From positions 25,030 to 89,029 of the forward strand of contig NIVC01001086.1 in assembly GCA_002269645.1 (NCBI GenBank): a stretch of 64,000 nt of DNA, read 5' to 3'. The position numbers and the translations under genes are program-made. Positions within the stretch are counted from its first letter, which is position 1. Each line of letters opens with the position of its first letter. The notes beneath the pieces were generated by a model. That model ran no database searches, was not told the DNA's origin, and saw nothing but the letters and a program-made list of their open reading frames with translations. Positions 45,969 to 59,706 of this stretch are shown in pieces. Source of the DNA: Macrostomum lignano (lineage: Eukaryota).

Positions 45969-48900
45969 CTAACTGGTCTGGAGGCTGGCGGCGGCCTGGG
46001 CAGAAAGTTGCATCAGGCACCTGGACAGGTACTCAATGGGATCGCTGGGTCGCTTGTTGGCCACCTCCGTCAGGGCTGTCGTCAGGATGTCGTCTGGAGT
46101 GCCGGCACAATTTGCGATCAATAATGATTTTGGGTGTTTGCAGGGTGCGTATGGCGTCGGGTTTTGGTATATATGAATATTAATACCAGCATAAGAAAAC
46201 ATGTATTTATTTTGATAGCTAGAGCATCTCGGCTAGCATGGACATCCTCAGAACAAAGTTTATTTAAAAATTTTCTCACCATTGCTGACGTTAAACTTCA
46301 TAAACTTCAATTGTTAAGCGAGCTACGCTATCGGTATAAGGCTTTCAAGTCAAGGATTTTAAAATACAGTCAAATTAATTAGTTTTTGCCTACAAATGTC
46401 CCTACGAGCTATGCATTTGGTTCGATTGTGCAGGTTGAAGTTCTTGTATAGCTAGCTCTGATATACGACGTACATGTGCAGTATAAGACAAAATGCAAAT
46501 AGGACTCACTGAGTCGCCGTAGGTAGTCGGCATCGGTTGCGGTGGCGGCTTCACCGTCCGCAAGCTTGGCCGTGCCTACTGACTGGTCAGCAGTCAGCCG
46601 GGCCAGCTTGTCCTTTGCCGACGCGGATCCTGGCGGGATGCGGTACAGCTGGACCGGGTGGTAGCGCAGCAGGATGGCCATGTACTTGGCCGACGGCACC
46701 AGCAGCATGAAGGGCTCAGTCTCGAACAGATAATTGAACACCTGCTGGCCGTCCGCTACCCGATAGGCCTGTAAAATATTTTTGTGCAGCTGAAGGCTAG
46801 GCTGAACGCGAATCATTTGGCAATACAACTTTTACCATGTCTATACGATGAGGGCCAACCCCCAAGGCACCCAGAGTGTACAGGCCTGACGATTAGAAAG
46901 TCTGGGTCGCTGTACACCCTGAGTGTGTACGAGTGCGTGCCTGTGTACAGTACTGGCGCGCTTGTGTGCGCTCAGGTAAGCGGAATGGGCAGTAGAATTG
47001 CCTCACCGCTGCTTGTAGGACGATGTCGCCGAAGGCTTTGCGCAAGGGTGCCCGCAATCCTCCAGCGAATATTTATTTATTTTAATGTAGAGCAGACTTA
47101 CGGTTGAGGTTTCTTAATGTAAATCATTTCAATAGCATATTATTACGATTGGCTTTCCAAATCGATAACCCGGATCCAAATTCGATTGCTTCAGCGAAAA
47201 AAACTCAGCGTACCTGCACAGTTTTTGGTGGGTCAACAAACTCGTCCAGGCCGGAATTGTCCCCGGATGTGATTTTGATCCTGCGAGCTGGCTTGTACAG
47301 CTTGCCCACCAGCAGCTCGCTGTCCGGACTCAGCACCATCTCATACAGGATGATGGATTGGTCCGGCTTCAGATCTTTGACAAGCAGGCCCGTTTCAATG
47401 TTGAAGATCTTCAACCGATAGGTGACGCAGTGCATACCATCGGGCAGAAGATAGAGCACCCCGGCGTCGAATGTTCGACTAAGCGACAGAGTTCTGTAGC
47501 TGGACGCATCGACCACCATGAGGCGTCCCGGCCAGGCCATGCAGTTGCGCCGGAAGGCCTCGCGGTAAGTGTTCACTGAGCCGCTCATGAGCTGCAGCAC
47601 CAGCTGTCCCGGCCTGCCAGGTCGCATATGAAGCAGCCGCGGCCTGCAGGTGTGCGAGCTCTCGATGACGACGCTGATGGACAAGTCGACGTCCAGCTCG
47701 TGGAGCAGCGACTCCGCCGAAATGTCCTCACCCAGGTAGGACTCGAGTTCGCGCAGGATCGCACCGTTCGACATGTGAAAAGCAATTGAAGCGCGGCAGC
47801 GGGCTGTCAGTGTTTCGATGAACTGCTGAAGTATTGGCAAGTACTGATGAACCTTTTCTTTGCCGCTATTCACCAGGTACTGACACACCTGCCTGGCCTC
47901 TGCGAAAACCTGCGCAATAAAATACTTGCGAATGTAATCATGGAACTTAAAAAACGATGGTTCGGACTACCTTGTAGTTTCACAGAACTTTTACACCTAT
48001 TTGTAGCAGTTTGCCACTGATCTAAAGTTGGATCGAAGCTCTTAAACAGGGGCACCTAAGACCATATACGGACGCCCCTAAATTTGCTGCATTGCAAAAA
48101 AATGCACTTTTCTCTCTTACCTGCAATGCGACCTCGCGCCGCGCCTGGCCAACAAACTCATCTCCAACAGTTGGTACAGGCCACGTTTTAATCCGCTGGA
48201 CCTTCCGACCTGGCAGATCCAGGCAGAGTAGATAGTCCGACAGGTCAGGTGACTCGGTTGACCGTCCGTCAAGCACGTCAGAAAGGCGGGGTGCCTGCAA
48301 ATTGCCGGGGCCTCGAACCAGAAGGTGCATTCGCGGTCCGTCTATTGCGGCGCTGACCGAAGGCGGTGTGGCCGGTAGCCAAGGCTGGTCACAGCCGTGC
48401 ATGAAGTAGCCGACAGGGAAGGGGCGCACAGCAGGATGCGAGACAATGGCAAGGTGCAAGTCAGGATTCCCTAACAGATCCCTCAGGGTGCGCATTGAGC
48501 GACTGCGATCCTTTTCAGGTGGCAACTGCAGCGACTCCGGCACCTCAAAGCTGACGGGCGCCGTCGGTTGGGAAGCCAGGCGCATGACAAAAAGAAGATA
48601 GCGCGGAAGCAGTCGCAAAAACAGGCCGTGCTGCTGCAGATCCGGGAAGTTGCACAGCTGGTTGAGCTTAGAGTTCCAGGCCTCCTTAAATCGCGACATT
48701 GCGGCTAAAACTTCGGCATCATATCCATCAACTTTGCCGTCCGGAAGAGGCTCGCGGAGCTTGGCATCTCTAGCGCCTGTGCCACCAAGGTCGGTGCAGT
48801 ACATAACGCCTCCTTGAAGCCGCTTGTCGAAGTAGCCACTCCACAATGCCTGCTCGCGTGGGTCGAAAACAAAATCTGCTCGCCTCTCCTCTTTCTTTGT

Positions 48901-51900
48901 CACGAAATTGCTTTCGAATTCGGACAGCTGGCCGGCCAGCTTGTTGAGGTTGAAAACCTTCAGCTGGACAGTAGACGCGTTGGCGCCGGCCTCTGGCATT
49001 GTGTTAATCACTAGATAGTCCGTGCCGTATGGCTGTCCCAGCATGATGTAGTCCGAAACGCCTCGCAAAGCCAGCAGAAAGCTGCCATCCTTGGCAGACC
49101 AGACGTTAAACGTAAAGTAGGCCTTGGCCTTCACCAGCAGCAGCGAGCCATCGTCGCTAATGTGCACCGGGCAATTCAGCACCGTGTGAATCTCTGCGTT
49201 TGTATCCAGTTCGTAAGACTTGTCCAGCACGCGATGATAAGCGACTGGAACCGTCTGTGGAAAATTATAATTTTATATGTTTTCAAATTTGTAAATACGC
49301 TTCTCAGTTAGCAATTAAACTCACCCGCGCAGCCTCCGGATACCACAAGAATCCAACACAGTCACCGAGCGGCTCCGACAGCATGACAACAGCAACAGAA
49401 GCCGTCCTCGATAGGCTAGTCATGAACGGCTTGTTGACGGCCGCCTCCAACTCCAGCTCGTGTCGAGCTCGACGCTCAACCTTGGGATCCAGATCAAATA
49501 GGTAGAAAGTGAACAGCGCACCTCCTGGACTCAAGGTCACCAAGAAGAGGCACTCTCCATCGTCAAAGAAACTGGTGTTCTCGCTGGTCAGCTCGTGGGC
49601 CGCCAGACCTTGCCCGGAGCAATCTAGTTCGGTTTCTTCGAATGTGTCCAGGTCCACCACCCTTGGCGTCAGTGGTTCGTCCGAAGTTTCTTCGCCCTCC
49701 GAGATGCGGTGGCCTATGTAGAACAGGCACCGATCATTGATGAGGCTTTGCCCCAGCTGCATCGGCCAGGAGCGGAACAGGAAGTGGCGAAGCGGCTCCG
49801 ATTTTAGCAAGCAATACGTGATTGGCATGGTGGCGTAGAAAGTCTTTGCAAAGATCATGTGCCCCTCGGTGGCTTCCAAGCAGCCGCTGCCCGACTTGGC
49901 GAAGTACTGCAGCGGCAGCGAATCAGGCAGGCTAGGCATGAGAACCTTCCAGGCACCGGTGCGCATGTTTGCCCGCAACAGCTGGAACTGCCCGGGCGCT
50001 ACCTCCTCGACTGTGCAGAAGCAGCCGCTTGTGGGCAGAACAGCCACGAATCGAATGTGCGATGCTGCAGGCCGCTCGGAAATCACAGTCTTTAGCTCGG
50101 ACCCCTCATGGTCGTACCAAGTGACGGTGTTGTTTTGCAGAGACACTGCGTATATCTTGCCATCTTCACACAGGTTGCCAATGGACAGGCGTACCTTCAG
50201 AATGAATTAAGTTGACAAGTTACATAGCCAGCGAGGTTTTCCCTCAAATGATATCTACGTGCGCCTTAAGATAGTGACGGCCTGACTTACCTGCACAGTG
50301 CAGTGCGTGTATCCACTACCAGTGTCCAGGCAATTATTAACAGGCAGTAGCAGGGGACTGTCCTTCTTGCACGCCTCAAGCAGGTCGCTAATGCGTCTGG
50401 ATCTGGCAGCGAATGGCTGCAAGCGGCCGCAGAGGTCCACAGGCAAACTCAGCGGACTGTGGCTCAGGCTGTACGCTGAGATGCGCAACGCGTTGTAGAT
50501 CCGAGTGAGGTCGAGCTCATTCTGTTCACTGCCGCGCTCCTTCTTCTTGAGGTCGAAAAACAGATGCAAGTCCATTAGCAGCTGATGGCGCCGGCTGGAG
50601 GCCAACTTGGACTGCAGATGATCCAGGTTAAAGGCAACGTGCTCGAGAAAGTCCACAACTCGGCCACTTCTGATGAAGTGCCTCGGTAGCTGGTTGATGC
50701 GGCGCAGGTTGTAGTACGGCTTGTCACTCTCGACTCGAAGAACAAACGGCTGCGCTGGGACCTGCCTATCTGCGGCCATTGGCACGGGTAGGCCCTGTAG
50801 TAAAGGAAATAGTTCGTCTTTACTAATTCTGTCTCACTATAAATAAACACAAAAATATTTTTGAGAATGTTTCCTACTCTGGTGATACTACGAGTAGTAC
50901 TTTCGTACGGGCGTATTCTAAGTTATTTCTAGTCTAGTTATAGCTAAAATAAAGCTTTTGCATTACAAGTGAAACAAAGTTTAACATCGAAAAAGCTGAA
51001 AATTAACGTGGATTGACACAGCGCTCACATCTCGCTCCAATTTGGCCTTGACCCTTTCCGGACATTCAAACGGCTTCTCCCGACCGGCGGCCCACTCTCC
51101 AAAAAAGTAGTCGGCCATTCGCGAATGAATAATCCTGTTGTGCTCTGGATCGCTGAGGTAGAGCTTTTGAGCCACCTCCCAGAATTGTCTGTGGTACCAG
51201 AATAGCACAGTGACACCGTCGGCTTCGCGCTCAACCAGGTAGTCGTCGATCTGTTGTCGAATGCGGGTCCAAGCCAACGGTGGCACGCGAATGAACGGCG
51301 GCAAGTGGTGCGTGAACACCTCTCGCAGGACGTCGTCATCTAGCGACAGGAGGTCCTCAATCTCTGCCTCGCTCAGACCGGTTCGGGATGCTGTCACGTA
51401 GGATAGCGCGTTTCGTACAAGCACCTCGCCGTAACGAGTGCCAAGTTGGCTAAGCAACAGCCGAATCGCTCCTTCAACAGTCGGTTCCAGCATTATTTTG
51501 TCTAGCGGGGTGTACGAACTCCATCGTCGCGCCTGACGGAACACCAGGCCAATGTAGATAGGCAAAGAGCAGCTTGCAAATGCCGTTCGAAGCGCGTCCC
51601 ACTGAGGCTCCGTAAGACGGCGCTTTGACTTTTCCAGCCGCGCCCTGGTGATTTCCTCGCACAATGCTGGCTCCAGCGGTGGAACATCCATTACTCGGTC
51701 CGGCAGCAGCTGAAGAAAATTCTCCCTAATACCGTGCAGAGTTGGCAGGCAGCTTAGTAGCATCTTGCAGCCTGGAGGCAGCTCGGACCTGAGCCAAGTG
51801 AGCTGGTAGGCGTAGTCGGAAGCATCAAGTTGATCGAGGGAGTCCAGCACAATGATAACACGGCGCGATTTTCCCAGCTGTTGCAGAAAATCGTAAAACG

Positions 51901-54139
51901 TGCTGACCAGCTCTTGGAAGCTGTCCATTCCTGCAACTTGCTGTGCCTCTGTAGAGCCAAGGAACACTGCTAACTGCTGACACAATTGCTTCACAGTCTG
52001 ACGAATGCTGCTTGTGGAGGGACTGGTTCCCAAGAAGCGCAGCAATAGTAGAGCCGACGGCTGGTTATCCGGCGGTAGCCAAGAGCGAGAACTCTTGGCA
52101 GCCTTGGCCATGATGGAGGTCTTGCCGCAGCCGGAGCTGCCGCACAGCAGCAGCGGCTGCCTGGAGTCGCCCGTTATGTAGTCGCGCAGCTGGTCAAGAA
52201 ACTCCTTCCTGCCCTGAAAGTTGGTCACGTAGCGAACGCAGTGATGCGCGTGCTGCAAAACCTCGGCGTACAACGGGTCCGCTTGCAGCTCCGACCTGCG
52301 CTGTCTGAATGTGTCTACGAGACGCCGGACCTGCGGGTGGGTTTTGGTAGGCTTTCATTGTTTATGGGATTAGAATGCCACAAGTTTATATTACTGGATA
52401 AGTAGATCAAACCCTCTTCTAACCGTTGAATCGTCAGCATATTTTCTCGGAATCCCCTATGGGAGCTATAGAGATCGAGATAGAGATAGAGAAATAGAGA
52501 TCGGTAGAGAAATTTGATTCAGCAACTAATCAAAGCCAAGTGTTTTACAGTCAGTACGATTTTGACTCATAACCATACACAAGCAAGGAATCGACTCATA
52601 CCTGCATCTCAAAGTCCTTAACTACGCTGTCCAGGTAATCAGCATGAACCTCGGGGCTGATACCTTTTGGAGGCTGCCATGTCAAAGAGTATTCCGTGAC
52701 GCCTTTAGGCAGCAGGTCCCGCAGACGCGATCGCAGTCCGTCCAACGCCTCAGCTGCCTCGGGATCGGCGAATCTTTGCGCCGCTTTGTCGCCCTCGTCG
52801 AGACGCTGCTGAATGTCAGTTATGTCGCGGAAGATGGCAAAGGCAAATGGCTTCAGCTCAGGATGGGCGTCCAGCACGCCCATTTGAATCTCTTGGTGCG
52901 TAATTGACGTACAGAACCGGATAGCCCTGGCCGACGTCATTGAGCCTTTTGCAACCGCCGCATTTGCAGCGACCTCCAGCGCCTTCTGCAGCGCGGGACC
53001 ATCGTGCGGCCAATCGGTCTGTTCGGCCTCGGACTCCAGTGGGCGCAGATTGTACACCGGCGGCCGGCCGTTCTCATCGCGCAAGTACCATCGATGCAGC
53101 AGGGCCAAGTCATCCGGCCTGTCGGACATGGCAGCCTCGAGTATGCCGGCCTCCTCCTCGGTGAGCCGGTTGGGCGCCTCTTTTCCGCCGTAGCGATGGC
53201 TCAGGATTGTCTATGGGGATCCCGGGGGTGTATTTTGCATCTGTTGCGCTAGTGCTAGCGCTAATCTAGACCATAGCTATTCCTTAAATTGGTCGCTCGG
53301 CCATTAGAGGGCAAAAAATCGAAAATAAAAACTGTTGCGTTCGCAGTTAGGAAAATCATGAAATATCTGAGTGGACGGCAGGTACGAGCTATTAGACGTT
53401 TAAATTCGAACTCAACTTCGAGTACAAAGGCTGCATGGTTCGCACTTAGGAATTTCAGATGTATTGATACAACCTCGAAAATATGGAGCTATGCTAATCC
53501 TCACCATAAAATGCGGCCCACTAGAGAGGCGCTGACAGTTGAGAATCTCGTTGAAGCACATCTCCGAGGCCTTGTGATCGGAGGACGCCGCGTCCTGGAT
53601 GCCCCAGCGCATGTCCACGATCTGAAAGAATCCGTGGTCAAATTATTCTGCTTTGACTGTTTCAATAGGGAAAAAATAAATTCTTATGATTTCAATTACG
53701 CTTTTACCTGGAATTCTAGGCCATACTGATCACGGTAGAACTCCTTCATCTTGGAGTAAACAGTCTTCATCAGCGCGTTCCGTTCAACCGCCATGTCTGA
53801 AGAAAAGTTAAGAATGCGCTTTGGTCTTGGGTGCTCAACAGCTTCTGAATTCTGCCTGTGTAGATACATGATTACCCTCTCTACTCTGCCATTGTAGATT
53901 TAATCACCTGAGAAAGTAGAGCTAATGAAAATTCTAATCGATTTTGTGTCCTTCTTTGGCAGCTCATCCAAGTTGCCGCACAGCAAGCGCCGATAGAGAT
54001 TCTCCCTGCTCTGCTCCTCGCTGATGAACATGGGCGCCATGACCGCCGCGGCTTTAAATCGGCGAGCCGGATTGCCATTAGGAGAACGCAGTTGAGGCGC
54101 CTTGGGGTTCGTTTTTGGAGGTCTCGCTAACCGCTTCAT
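45969..54139 (-). CDS. NWD1/NWD2-type NACHT (STAND) NTPase with a DUF4062-like N-terminus, a divergent beta-propeller region and a C-terminal Dpy-30 motif; 11 exons, ~1978 aa
   Basis: Exons 54139-53908 (RIFISSTFS), 53796-53708 (DM..ERN.LM), 53621-53505 (DMRWGI...GPHF), 53210-52602, 52330-51029 (Walker A GSSGCGKT, Walker B IIVLDSLDQL, YHRQFWEVA), 50794-50291 (YNLRRINQLP), 50194-49325, 49254-48121, 47909-47214, 46768-46510 and 46093-45969. All GT-AG with consistent phases; 5937 nt in total. Confidence 0.9.
46852..47092 (+). mobile_element. SINE copy C (5'-truncated) in intron 9 of the NACHT gene
   Basis: GGGCCAACCCCCAAGGCAC...GTGTACAGGCCTGACGAT...GCGCGCTTGTG..GCTCAGG..GAATGGGCAG...AGGGTGCCCGCA, ending in a (TATT)n tail; homologous to copies A and B. 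Confidence 0.7.
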
Positions 54140-57100
54140 AATAGGTTTGGCAGTAAATAATTGTTATAATTATATCAACGATTAGGTGATGATTTCTCAG
54201 GCACGAATGTAACAAAATTATTGAAGAAAAAGAAAGTTTTCAAATAAGTTTCCACATGATTTGCGGAATTTGTCATCTTTTAAGTAAAAAAGTAGAACTT
54301 CTCTTGGCTGCAAATATTTCTACATTAAAGATAAATTTTCAACTTAATTCAATAAATATAAATAAAACCTAATGTACAGAAAAATGCTATTTAGAAAATA
54401 ACCTAGGTCCAAAGTTAAGCAAAGTCTAGTAGGAGTAATACTGAGTCTTATCTTGTCTGAAATGATTTTTAATGTGCTATCTTGGTTAGGAAATATTTCA
54501 ATAATTCATAAAAAATTACCTAAATGTATCGAAAAGAAAAAAACAGAAAAAAATTTGTAATTTTATAGTGACAATGCAATTTTTAGTATCTATACAAAAA
54601 TGCATTTATCGATTGTCTTTTAATTTCTTTCTTTTTCACTTACACAATTATTCAAAGCAGTGAAAAATTCTAATGTAAAGAAAATTGCAGACTAAATTCA
54701 ATAAAATTATTTCTCTCTAAGCCATTAAACCTATTGTGGAGATGGGAATGGAAATGGAGATGCTTGATTCATTTTAAAATACGGCATAAATGCATATCGC
54801 GTGATATAGGTCTCGAACTATCGAATTAAAAAACTCGAATAGAAGCGAAATCAAGTTTGCTTCTAAAGGTAGACGCTTAGTTTGTATTCAGAATAATTTT
54901 AGTGTAATCCTTAAATAGGTTTATATTTTTAACTTAATTTTACAACGAGCAGAACAATAATATTTTGCTGCCAGGTGCAAACTGTTAAGGTTATTTTTGC
55001 TTTAATTGATAGAAAGAATTTCCGACATACGAAATAAAAACTGTCTGAACTTAAATGTCCATATACTGATTTCTATGGATATAGAATCACGTACTTTATT
55101 CAAATGCTTTTCTTACCAAATTAATTATATAATTCCTTACGATTTTTCAGGACTGTTGCTCACAGTGATGGGTTTCGACCTTCCGGCCCCCTTGTGGGGA
55201 AGCCTTCGCGGGCCTCAGGTCTCAGAAATAAATCAATTAGACACCATGCGCCCAAAACGGCACTTTCACGCATGTTTCACGCGACACGCATGGACATACA
55301 TGCGCTACGCGTGTTCCTGCAATTCACGTCACGGGAACATGCCAGTTCACGTGTGCTTGTGGTAAAAGGTATGCACGTGATTTCATGGACAAATCACGCG
55401 TTTTCACATTAGAGAATCAGAAATTTGTCAACTATGCTACTTCTTTTTATGCTACTTAAAGTAGCATAGATAAGCAGCAGCAAGGGATCGCATCCTAAAT
55501 CAAGTATAATGAATATCTTTCTTAAACTGTTAAACTTCTAATAGAAATAATGCATCTCTTACTATACCATAAATATTTTGCAGCCAATCGTTTCTCTCGC
55601 CGCTCAATTAACATTGAATAAAAAATGAAGATATAAAAATCAAGTAAACTCATTTGAAGCCACATTGAATCAAGAACTGTGTGCTTTCGAGAGAATACAC
55701 TATAGAAGGAATGCGACTAAAATTTAGTCACAAGTAATTGTTTAACTACAATTTATGATTTAAAAAGCAACAAAAACCATTTTTTTGAGATAAAGCGATG
55801 CAATCTGCATCCACATAAACTTCTGACGCAGCTTACTTCCATCTTTGTTAAAGTATTTATAAAGCAAAGCGGTGTAATCAAAACGCGGAAGATTTTTTAA
55901 ATGTTTAGCGCCTGGACTCTTGTCGAACGTGCATTGCATGGGCTATAGTTGAAAAGACAGGCGACGAATAAAATAGTCAGTCATCGTGGTGCCACCCAAT
56001 GATGTAAGCACTAATAGTCTATCACGTGGCGTATCAATATATATCGATTGCCTATCACCTTACTAACTGCGCTCCATAACTACTACTACCACTGTAATTT
56101 TGATTATTTTAATAACCAGATTATGTCTGCAGAAGAACCCAATAGAACAAAAGTTAGGCCTATATATTTTTTGTTCTTGGTATTTTCGTCACCCTTTGTA
56201 TGCCAGTATGCTATTAAATTTACTTTTAATTGGGCTTATAGCTAGATATTATGAATGCAATCAGTTCCTGTTTTATGTATACATTAGCTAAGTGCATTTA
56301 TTTTTTGCTATATAAAATGCAAAGGATTTGCTACTTAACTCCTAACTCTCAGATGAAAATTTACAAAAACAAGACAGAGGACAATTATTAAGATTTCTTA
56401 TTTGTTTTATTATTACAATATTGCATTCCTTTTATTTATATATTTGGCACTTAATTTATTATTAATATTACCTTTATTACCAAAAAACTGTATATTATAT
56501 TGAATTCCTAAAGAACTCCCTTTCGCTCTACACTTGTTCCTTTGTCTTATCCTACCTAACTACCTTTTATGTTTTAATACTGTTTAAATTCCATATTCCA
56601 AAAACTCAAATTATAGCTATTTTGGATTCTACTTGACTTAATAGACTATATAGTAGGCCTAGCAATAGTTAAGTCAACAAGGTGTCTTTGGCCCAGAAAA
56701 ATTCTGGCATGAAAATGGGTGAAGAAAAATTTTAGCATATAATTTCCATCTGTACACATAGGAAAAATATATATAAAAAATTGAGCATTCTGGTTTATTC
56801 TATTAGGTATTAGGTCATATAGCAAAATGTTTACACACACTTTGTCATAAGCATTTTTTGTATAGACATAAAGAATTAACACAAGCTTACTAATGCTGAT
56901 GCCCAAAGTCAAGTCATTAGCAAACTGGCAGCAAAGTATTTAATGAATTTTAAAGAAGTTATTCACTGCTAAGCTTGGACACTAGCAAGAGGCAAAGGAA
57001 AATTGTTTTTTTAGTTATAAAATATAGCTATATATTTTTATATACTAACCATAGAGCCATAAACCCCCTGCTTCTTCCTTAATACTCTATAGTATAATAA

Positions 57101-57214
57101 AAAATCTCCTTAATAAAAATATAACCTTTATACCTATCTCTTTTCATATATTGGTATTATGACAAACAGGTCTATAAATTTACTGAAACATGGAATAGAG
57201 TCATAGACCAAAAC

Positions 57215-57465
57215 AGGCCTAAGGGCTTATAGTGTGATTGACACCCATGAGGGGCAAGCCCCAAGGCACAGAGAATATATAGTGTCTGACAATGAGAAAG
57301 TCAGAGCAGATGTATACCTCTGTGTGACCATTGCCTATGTATATATCCATGTGCCTGTGTATGCTCAGAAGTAAGTAGAATGGGCATAATTGCCTCCCCA
57401 CTGGTTATAGGTTTATAAAAGCATTGCACCAGGGTGCCCATAGCCCTTCTACAGATAACTAAACT
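57215..57465 (+). mobile_element. SINE copy D, hypermutated (C>T/G>A)
   Basis: CCCCAAGGCACAG...CTGACAAT.AGAAAGTC...TATCCATGTGCCTGTGTATGCTCAG...GAATGGGCA..ATTGCCTC...CCAGGGTGCCCATAGCCC aligns with copies A and C but has lost all CpGs. Confidence 0.72.
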
Positions 57466-58999
57466 AATTAATGGCATTTCATTGAACATGGTCAATATGT
57501 AAATATAGTAGCTAGTTGATCTATCTTTTTCTTTTGGAAAGATTTAGTCTTCTTTTTTAATTATTTTATTTTGTATTCTTCAACTTCTAGTGCTTGATAG
57601 CTTTGTCTAGGGTTCTCTTCTGAACCCTACAAACTTCTTAGGATATCTTTTTACTTTCAGTGTTAGTTTATTTTGTCCATTTAGGTAAATGCATAGACCA
57701 ATGACAAGCCTTTATTTGTCTGAATTTCTTACCTTGTTTAGCATTTTGTAGTCTAAGTAGAATCTATTCCATAATAAGTTTATTAACCTACTCCCTCTCT
57801 AGCTATATCAATCAGAGCATTGCTATTGGCTGGCCTATTGCTACTTATGCTTTTCTTTTGTTAACAGTTTTGGCTAGTTGCGGCTGCTATGGAAGACAAA
57901 CGCTGTTAGTTAAGTGTGATGGCACAACAACTGTGATGAACAATCATCTGAGACAGCATGTGACTTACTTTTTAAAAACCAAGCAGTACATAGAAAAGCT
58001 AGAACCATGAGTTTGTTAATTTCTTATATTTAAAAATATTTGGTTTCAAGTCAGCTATGTTAAATATTCAAATCAAATCCATTTGAAATTTCATATTTGT
58101 ACCATCCCTAGACTAACCACTAAGCTACAACCTACCACAAAGTGAGATCTTACTTATAAAACAGCTGACTGGATAATTTATATAATTTTAAATTAATTAA
58201 ATTCCAATGTGAAACCAATGATATTAGTACCAATTCATTTTCTAAACTATTCCATTTTTGGAAATTATGTATATTGTTATATTTCATTGACTTCAATTTG
58301 GCCTACCAAATTTATAATGCTATTTAAATATTTTATATTACTGCAATATAGAGCTTTGCTTTTCTTTTTTAAGAACTTTTGGTTAAATCTACCCACAATG
58401 ATATTGTAGCTATAGTTAAAAGTCATTTTTATGTTTGGTGTTATGTTTAAGTAATGTTATGTTATGTTATGTTTAGTTATGTTTAGGTAAATATGTTTGC
58501 ATTATAAAATAATGGCATTTATTAGCAAAGCCAAGGACATAATTGTATCTGTTGTATTTTACATTTGCTTGCACAAGGTTGTAGGCCTAATCAAAACTTA
58601 GTTATCCAGTTGCTATTTTTTGTATCAAAAATTCAAATGAAACCTAAGCTTGTTATTAAGGGCCAATGGCACAGTGGTCATTACATTATTAAGTTTGTTC
58701 TATGGAGTCAAGTTTAATTCCACATTTTGACTTAATTAATTTAAGACAAAAGTATATGATCTGTGGTTCAGCAGTCATGGTTAATTGAGTTTAACTATAA
58801 TTTTGTTTTAGTGGCATAATGACATTAGTTTCAGAATAGATTTAAGCTAAATGAACAAAATAACTTAAGCTTCCAAAGCTATTGATACCAGCTCTTTGCA
58901 CCTTCATTTTTTCAAACCACCTTAGCTTGGTTCGCTAATCCTGTTGTATAGTAGTAACTTGTCATTCTCCAATTTATTGTAATATTTTTAACTGGAAAC

Positions 59000-59706
59000 A
59001 CTCCACCAATTGGTATTCTGCATTTTTTTAATTTCAGCATAACTGGGCGACTTTTAATGGAATCTGATCAAGACTCAATTGATACTGTCCCGAGTCATGA
59101 TGCCCTCTCTGTAAAGACTCCTGTCAGTACCCTTTCGCAAGCGCCGCAATTAAGCCTGAGTCAGCGAATTCTGACGCCGTCATTGGCTACTGTAGGGTTG
59201 CCAAACGATGCCACATGAGTTCAATGGGCACTCATCTCAGAACGCAGACTGGAGTGAAGATTTTATTACATACTCGACTCCTAAGCGAGATGTTGCCGCT
59301 CTTTACTATTATTAGCAGTTACGGTCTGGAACATCCGACAAAAAGTTAAATCAGCTGTTACGAATGGAATCATTCTTCAATTTACGATCGTTCTTTAAAG
59401 TCGAACAGTATTCACAACTTCCGCGAACCATCAACGGCTATCATTAAAACTGCCAAGACTATGCGCCCCACCATTACACGACCAACATCACAATGTCCAC
59501 ATCTGGAGCGAATGTACATGCAGCTGTGTACTGTGACGAACAAATGCCCCACGTTTAAGTATCTCCTGGTCCATCCTACGGAGGCAAACTACAGGACTAT
59601 TGATTTAAACGACATCACTTATCGATGCTCGTTTATGCCAGCTTCTTCTGCGACCCCGTATTTACTTCATGTGTGCCCTCTTATTGAGTTTGATGAAGTT
59701 AGTTAA
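59000..59706 (+). pseudogene. Possible decayed DNA-transposase remnant (EnSpm/CACTA-like C-terminal motif)
   Basis: Frameshifted NGIILQ / YDRSLKSNS near 59360-59420 resembles the NG..F.S..Y.R..K.NS motif of animal EnSpm transposases. Many stops; weak evidence. Confidence 0.3.

Noticed and set aside
38070-45970. CTGATGA motifs (38075, 45955) as hammerhead ribozyme cores
   Set aside because: No correctly spaced GAAA and no closing stems.
56900-57260. CQFANDLTL and GLPLMG as RT-like motifs on the minus strand
   Set aside because: Too short, and the second overlaps the SINE copy; the identity of the hypermutated block cannot be assigned by eye.
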